This document shows positions 42,314-47,283 of a stretch of 47,283 bases of DNA, in pieces. The notes beneath the pieces were generated by a model. That model worked only from the letters and a program-made list of their open reading frames with translations. It searched no databases and was not told the DNA's origin. The first letter of the stretch is position 1. Each line of letters opens with the position of its first letter. Made by a program: the position numbers and the translations under genes. Source of the stretch: Ignavibacteriaceae bacterium (lineage in GTDB: Bacteria > Bacteroidota > Ignavibacteria > Ignavibacteriales > Ignavibacteriaceae); the NCBI GenBank assembly GCA_025449775.1, contig JANWIS010000066.1, positions 1 through 47,283 of the forward strand, read 5' to 3'.

Positions 42314-45300
42314 TTAATTAACGGTTATATCTAATCCCAATCCTTGAAGCTCTTTTATCAGCACATTGAATGAGTCAGGAATATTCGGCTGTAATAAATT
42401 GTCTCCTTTAACAATCGCTTCATAGGCTTTTGCCCTACCTGCAACATCGTCACTTTTTATTGTTAAGATTTCCTGCAATGTATAAGCGGCACCATATCCT
42501 TCGAGAGCCCAGACTTCCATTTCGCCAAACCTCTGTCCGCCAAACTGAGCTTTACCGCCTAATGGCTGCTGTGTAATTAATGAGTAAGGTCCAATCGAAC
42601 GGGCATGAATTTTATCATCAACAAGGTGACTGAGCTTCATCATATAAATATATCCGCATGTAATTTTCTGATGAAACTGGTTACCTGTTCGTCCATCAAT
42701 TAAATAAGTTTTTGATCCGGCTTCATAGCCAGCTTTCTGAAGCCATTCATCCACATCTTCAACTTTGGCTCCATCGAAGATCGGAGTTGAGAATCTAACA
42801 CCGAGCTTTTTACCAACCCATCCAAGTGCAGTTTCATAAAGCTGACCGATGTTCATTCTTGAGGGAACACCGAGAGGATTCAATATAATATCAATTGGAG
42901 TTCCATCCGGTAAATAAGGCATATCTTCAACAGGAACCACTTTTGCAACTACACCTTTATTTCCATGTCTGCCTGCCATTTTATCACCGACTGCAACTTT
43001 TCTTTTCTTTGCAACGTAAACTTTAGCAAGCTGAACTATTCCTGGAGGAAGTTCATCTCCACTGGCAATTTTTATTTTTTCACGTTTGTAATCCTCACCT
43101 ATTTCAGCACCCTTATCAAAATAATTTTTGTACAATGTTTTTATGTGCTGATTAGTTTTCTTGCTGTCAAACCAGTCCATTGTATAATCGAGCTTGGTTA
43201 CATCTTCAACCGAAGAAAAAGTTATGTCTTTAATTGTAGCACCACTTCTTAATGCAACTGTGCTATCAAGATCTCTTATTCCCGTTGTAACTAATCCTTC
43301 ACAGAGCTTGGTTAATTTTTCAACTAACTTTTTATAATGCTCTTTTAAACGATTGTTATGTTCATGCTCAAGATTATCGAGCAGAGTTTTTTCAACTTTC
43401 TTCGTTTCATTATCTCTTTTTTTCCTGCTGAACAACCTGGTTTTTATAACAATACCTCTGAGTCCGGGAGGTGCCTTAAGCGAAGCATCTTTCACATCAC
43501 CTGCTTTATCTCCGAATATTGCTCTTAAAAGTTTTTCTTCAGGTGTTGGATCAGTTTCACCTTTGGGTGTAATCTTACCGATTAGTATATCGCCTTCTTT
43601 AACTTCTGCACCTTCTCTTACTATTCCATCTTCATCAAGATTTCTAACAGCTTCTTCACTTACATTCGGAATTTCTCTGGTTAATTCTTCTTCACCTCTT
43701 TTTGTTTCGCGAACCTGAAGTTCAAATTCTTCAATATGAATTGAAGTGAAATCATCATCTTTAACCATTCTTTCACTTAAGATTATAGCATCTTCAAAAT
43801 TATAACCACGCCAGGGCATAAATGCTACAAGCACATTTCTACCTAATGCAAGATCGCCCTGATCAGTTGACTGTCCATCAGCCAGAACATCACCTTCTTC
43901 AATCTTCTGTCCTTCAACAACAAAAGGTTTCTGGTTAATACAAGTTTCCTGGTTCGTTCCGTGAAACTTTATAAGAGTGTATGTCACTCTCCTGATATCG
44001 TTAAATGATGTTATTGCTTCAATGCTATTTGGATTGATATCGTACCTAGCAATAATTTTTGTTGCATCAACATATTCAACAACTCCGCTGTTCTCAGCAA
44101 CGATAATTGATCTTGAATCGCGGGCAACTCTTGCTTCCATTCCGGTTCCAACAATCGGTGTCTGCGGTATAAGAAGCGGAACTGCCTGACGTTGCATATT
44201 CGATCCCATAAGTGCTCTGTTAGCATCATCGTGTTCAAGAAACGGAATCAAAGCAGCAGCAGGACTGACTATCTGAGATGGAGCAACATCCATATATTGA
44301 ACTTGTTCAGGTGATACAATCGGGAACTCACCTTTTAATCTGGACTTTACTCTTTCTTTTACAAATTTAGATTGTTCATCAAGCATTGCATTTGCTTGGG
44401 CAACAGTGAAAACATCTTCCTGTTCAGCACTTAAAAATTCTATCTCTTTACTTACTTTACCTTTGCTAACTTTTCTGTAAGGAGTTTCGAGAAAACCATA
44501 TCTGTTAACTCTTGCAAAAATTGTTAACGAAGAAATCAAACCAATGTTCGGTCCTTCAGGAGTTTCAATCGGACACAAACGACCGTAATGAGTATAGTGA
44601 ACGTCTCTTACTTCAAATCCAGCTCTTTCACGTGTTAAACCTCCTGGCCCGAGTGCAGACATTCTTCTTTTGTGTGTTAGTTCAGCAAGAGGATTTGTCT
44701 GATCCATGAACTGTGAAAGCTGGTTAGTTCCGAAGAATGCATTTATAACACTGCTGATTGTTCGCGCGTTTACTAAATCTTGCGGAGTGAAGTTTTCTGT
44801 ATCTCGCATGTTCATACGCTCTTTAATCGTTCTCGCCATTCTTGACATACCAACATTGAACTGTTGGCTTAGCTGTTCACCGACTGTTCGTACTCTCCTG
44901 TTTCCTAAATGATCGATATCATCAACAGGTTCAGTACCGTTTTTAAGCTTAATAATATATTTCATAATCTCAATAATATCCTGTACTGTAAGCACAGTGG
45001 TTGTTTCAGGAATATTTAAATTGAGTTTATCATTCATCCTGTGTCTGCCGACATTACCAAGATCATATCGCTTATCATTAAAGAATAATTTTTCAATTAA
45101 TGCTTCAGCGGTTTCCATATCAGGTGCTTCACCGGATCTAAGCTGTCTGTAGATTGCATAAAGTGCTTCTTCTTTTGATTGAGCTGTATCTTTTCTCAAT
45201 GTGTTTACAATAAGGTCCTGCTCTGGTGAAGTATCACGTGAAAGAAACCGTATGATTTCTATTTCTGCTTCATCTAACCGATCAAGATCCTCTTCGGTTA

Positions 45301-46072
45301 AAACACTTCCGCCTGACAAAAATATTTCACCGGTTGCCATATCAAAAACATCACTAGCAATAGCTCTTCCTATATAAGAATTTAAATCAACTTTATTAAT
45401 ATTTATTTCTTCTACAAGATTGAACAGATTAAGGATTTCATCGTTGCTTGTAAAGCCAAGTGCACGCAGAAGTGTTGTTGCAGGAAATTTCTTTCTGCGA
45501 TCTATATATACATATAATACAAAGTTGATATCTGTTGCAAACTCAACCCACGATCCCCGCAAAGGAATAATTCTTGCAGAATAAATTGGTGTGCCATTCG
45601 GATGAAGTGTTTCTGCAAATGCAACACCGGGTGAACGATGCAGCTGAGAAACCACAACTCTTTCAGCTCCATTAATAACAAAGGTACCTTTCTCTGTCAT
45701 GAACGGAACTGTTCCAAGATATACTTCCTGCTCAACACTGTTTACAAATTCTTCAGTGTCATGATCTTTAGCTGAAAGTCTTAACTTAGCTTTCAATGGA
45801 GCGGCGAAAGTTAAACCTCTTTCCATACATTCTTCAACTGAAAACCTGGCTTTCTCAACACTATAATGAATGAAATCCAGCCGGTAGTTTTCCTTATTGT
45901 CGAAGATCGGAAAATTATCCAGAAAGACTTTCTGCAATCCTTTGGGCTCACGTTGTTCTGGCAACGAATCAAGCTGAATAAATTCTTCAAAAGTCTCGGT
46001 CTGAATGTTTAGTAAATCTGGAACATCCAGAATAGATTTTATTGTACCAAATGAAATTCGGTTGTTCTTCAA
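42314..46072 (-). CDS. rpoB: DNA-directed RNA polymerase subunit beta
   Basis: 1252 aa. Contains GFEVRDVHYTHYGRLCPIETPEGPNIGLI. TTG start preceded by TAGGAG. Confidence 0.98.
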   Translation of the reverse strand: MKNNRISFGTIKSILDVPDLLNIQTETFEEFIQLDSLPEQREPKGLQKVFLDNFPIFDNKENYRLDFIHYSVEKARFSVEECMERGLTFAAPLKAKLRLSAKDHDTEEFVNSVEQEVYLGTVPFMTEKGTFVINGAERVVVSQLHRSPGVAFAETLHPNGTPIYSARIIPLRGSWVEFATDINFVLYVYIDRRKKFPATTLLRALGFTSNDEILNLFNLVEEININKVDLNSYIGRAIASDVFDMATGEIFLSGGSVLTEEDLDRLDEAEIEIIRFLSRDTSPEQDLIVNTLRKDTAQSKEEALYAIYRQLRSGEAPDMETAEALIEKLFFNDKRYDLGNVGRHRMNDKLNLNIPETTTVLTVQDIIEIMKYIIKLKNGTEPVDDIDHLGNRRVRTVGEQLSQQFNVGMSRMARTIKERMNMRDTENFTPQDLVNARTISSVINAFFGTNQLSQFMDQTNPLAELTHKRRMSALGPGGLTRERAGFEVRDVHYTHYGRLCPIETPEGPNIGLISSLTIFARVNRYGFLETPYRKVSKGKVSKEIEFLSAEQEDVFTVAQANAMLDEQSKFVKERVKSRLKGEFPIVSPEQVQYMDVAPSQIVSPAAALIPFLEHDDANRALMGSNMQRQAVPLLIPQTPIVGTGMEARVARDSRSIIVAENSGVVEYVDATKIIARYDINPNSIEAITSFNDIRRVTYTLIKFHGTNQETCINQKPFVVEGQKIEEGDVLADGQSTDQGDLALGRNVLVAFMPWRGYNFEDAIILSERMVKDDDFTSIHIEEFELQVRETKRGEEELTREIPNVSEEAVRNLDEDGIVREGAEVKEGDILIGKITPKGETDPTPEEKLLRAIFGDKAGDVKDASLKAPPGLRGIVIKTRLFSRKKRDNETKKVEKTLLDNLEHEHNNRLKEHYKKLVEKLTKLCEGLVTTGIRDLDSTVALRSGATIKDITFSSVEDVTKLDYTMDWFDSKKTNQHIKTLYKNYFDKGAEIGEDYKREKIKIASGDELPPGIVQLAKVYVAKKRKVAVGDKMAGRHGNKGVVAKVVPVEDMPYLPDGTPIDIILNPLGVPSRMNIGQLYETALGWVGKKLGVRFSTPIFDGAKVEDVDEWLQKAGYEAGSKTYLIDGRTGNQFHQKITCGYIYMMKLSHLVDDKIHARSIGPYSLITQQPLGGKAQFGGQRFGEMEVWALEGYGAAYTLQEILTIKSDDVAGRAKAYEAIVKGDNLLQPNIPDSFNVLIKELQGLGLDITVN

Positions 46073-46137
46073 TTATCTACTCCTAATTATTTAAAAATTC
46101 GCTTCGTTTAAAAGCATAATTTTGGATCATCTTAAAT

Positions 46138-46166
46138 GCAAAAAGCGATAGCCCGGAATCCGGTCT
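46138..46166 (-). terminator. Weak hairpin plus T-tract between rplL and rpoB (candidate attenuator)
   Basis: Minus strand: UAGACCGG-AUU-CCGGGCUA followed by TCGCTTTTTGC. Same position as the classical rplL-rpoB attenuator. Confidence 0.5.
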
Positions 46167-46206
46167 ACCACTCTTTACAATAAGAATAAAAACTGTACAG
46201 AAATGA

Positions 46207-46587
46207 TTATTTCAATACGACTGTTGCGCCGGCTTCTTCAAATTCTTTTTTAAGCTTTTCAGCTTCATCTTTTGAGACGCCTTCTTTTACAGTATTAGGT
46301 GCACCATCTACGAGATCTTTTGCTTCTTTAAGACCTAAACCTGTGTGTGCTCTAACCACCTTAATGACATTAATTTTCTTTTCGCCAGCAGCTTGCAGAA
46401 TTACATTAAACTCTGTTTTTTCTTCAACAACGGGTGCACCGGCACCAACTGCAGCAACTCCGGCCATCATCATTGGTGCAGCAGCTGTTACACCAAATTC
46501 ATCTTCAAGTGCCTTTTTCAATTCAGCAGCTTCAAGAAGTGACATTGCTTTTATCAAGTCTAAAGTTTTACTTACTTTTTCAGACAT
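46207..46587 (-). CDS. rplL: 50S ribosomal protein L7/L12
   Basis: Ala-rich hinge ([18 protein letters not shown]), then [27 protein letters not shown]. Confidence 0.97.
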   Translation of the reverse strand: MSEKVSKTLDLIKAMSLLEAAELKKALEDEFGVTAAAPMMMAGVAAVGAGAPVVEEKTEFNVILQAAGEKKINVIKVVRAHTGLGLKEAKDLVDGAPNTVKEGVSKDEAEKLKKEFEEAGATVVLK

Positions 46588-46624
46588 TTTATTACTCCTG
46601 ATTTTGTTTTCTTACTAAAAAAAA

Positions 46625-47146
46625 TTACGCAGCCTGTCTTTTTGAAATCTGATCGACTACATTGACTAGATCACGGAAGACTGCATTTATCGCTCCGGCA
46701 ATTCCTGTTACCGGTGCATCCAGCGATCCCATTATAGATGCTATCAATTCTTTCTTCGTTGGGAGAGAAGCTAATGTTTTAAGTTGACTGCTGTCAAAAT
46801 ATTCTCCCTCGATATAGCATGCTTTAAGAGAAAGCTTTTCTTTATCACCAAAATACTTGTTGATAATCTTTGCCGGTGCAATTGGATTGCTTGTTGTAAA
46901 AGCAAATCCGGTCATACCAGTTAAATGATCAGCAAGTTTGGTATATCTGCCGTTTTCACTCAACGCTCTTTTTACAAGAGTGTTTTTAAAAACCTTGTAT
47001 CGAACTCCTTCTTTCCGGAACTGTGTGCGAAGATCAGTTATATCTTCAACATTAATCCGGTTGTAATCCGTAAGGTATACAGCAGATGAACTCTCAAGGA
47101 GTTCCTTTATTTCAGAAATGATTTCTGATTTTTCGTTCTTGTTCAT
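46625..47146 (-). CDS. rplJ: 50S ribosomal protein L10
   Basis: 173 aa immediately upstream of rplL. Contains LRTQFRKEGVRYKVFKNTLVKRAL. Confidence 0.95.
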   Translation of the reverse strand: MNKNEKSEIISEIKELLESSSAVYLTDYNRINVEDITDLRTQFRKEGVRYKVFKNTLVKRALSENGRYTKLADHLTGMTGFAFTTSNPIAPAKIINKYFGDKEKLSLKACYIEGEYFDSSQLKTLASLPTKKELIASIMGSLDAPVTGIAGAINAVFRDLVNVVDQISKRQAA

Positions 47147-47212
47147 TTTGTTCCCGTTTCACTTTATATGTAATCGTGTCGGTTAGAAGCAATTAATTAG
47201 TGCGTAAACTTT

Positions 47213-47283
47213 TTAAACCTGTTTGGTTGTATATTCTTCTTTAGAGATTTTAAGTCCAGGTCCCATAGTAGTTGTTAAAAATA
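47213..47283 (-). CDS. rplA: 50S ribosomal protein L1, C-terminal 23 codons only (5' end outside window)
   Basis: Hand translation gives ..FLTTTMGPGLKISKEEYTTKQV*, matching the conserved L1 C-terminal TMGPG motif. Expected position upstream of rplJ. Confidence 0.75.
   Translation of the reverse strand, partial: FLTTTMGPGLKISKEEYTTKQV

Noticed and set aside
38240-46072. Numerous 60-126-aa ORFs antisense or out of frame within rpoC and rpoB (e.g. 40154-40534, 43353-43718, 42003-42209)
   Set aside because: All are nested in strongly conserved RNA polymerase genes. They have no SD or family resemblance and have biased composition.
47147-47212. Possible L10 (rplJ) leader regulatory RNA between rplA and rplJ
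   Set aside because: The gap is only 66 nt and I could not fold a convincing L10-leader-like structure. It is too short to call.
1-47283. Scan for CRISPR arrays, transposases/IS ends, integrases, toxin-antitoxin or known defence genes
   Set aside because: I saw no direct-repeat arrays, terminal inverted repeats flanking ORFs, or recognisable mobile or defence protein families. The window is syntenic core genome plus a small accessory edge.

Overview
AT-rich bacterial chromosomal window, mostly core housekeeping genes. Positions 18.8-47.3 kb are one co-directional minus-strand cluster: rplA (partial)-rplJ-rplL-rpoB-rpoC-rpsL-rpsG-fusA-tuf, then the S10, spc and alpha operons through rplQ. rpmJ is absent from the ORF track and was found by hand. 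The same strand continues with engB, a GAF/degenerate-GGDEF membrane protein, deoB, two EutN/CcmL-type microcompartment vertex paralogs, a short 284-aa primary sigma factor and an NlpC/P60 lipoprotein. The plus strand carries a long class II (B12-dependent) ribonucleotide reductase, nrdJ. The left 8.6 kb is accessory: a 3'-truncated secreted beta-propeller protein, trmB, an ACT-like/POT transporter/cupin/dienelactone-hydrolase cluster, and an ABC ATPase/ABC-2 permease/LolA-like operon. The secY-map-infA-rpmJ order without adk and the short sigma factor suggest an FCB-group organism, possibly Ignavibacteria-like; this is inference only. I recognised no CRISPR array, mobile element or defence genes, and I do not see a convincing new multi-gene system. 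The most unusual items are (1) two orphan BMC vertex genes between deoB and rpoD with no shell hexamer gene in the window, (2) a tRNA-Gln(UUG) inside the spc operon between rplR and rpsE, and (3) a strongly structured 125-nt element in the convergent gap at 6.0-6.15 kb. The ORF track opens ORFs at the farthest ATG/GTG/TTG, so several starts were trimmed by reading the sequence.
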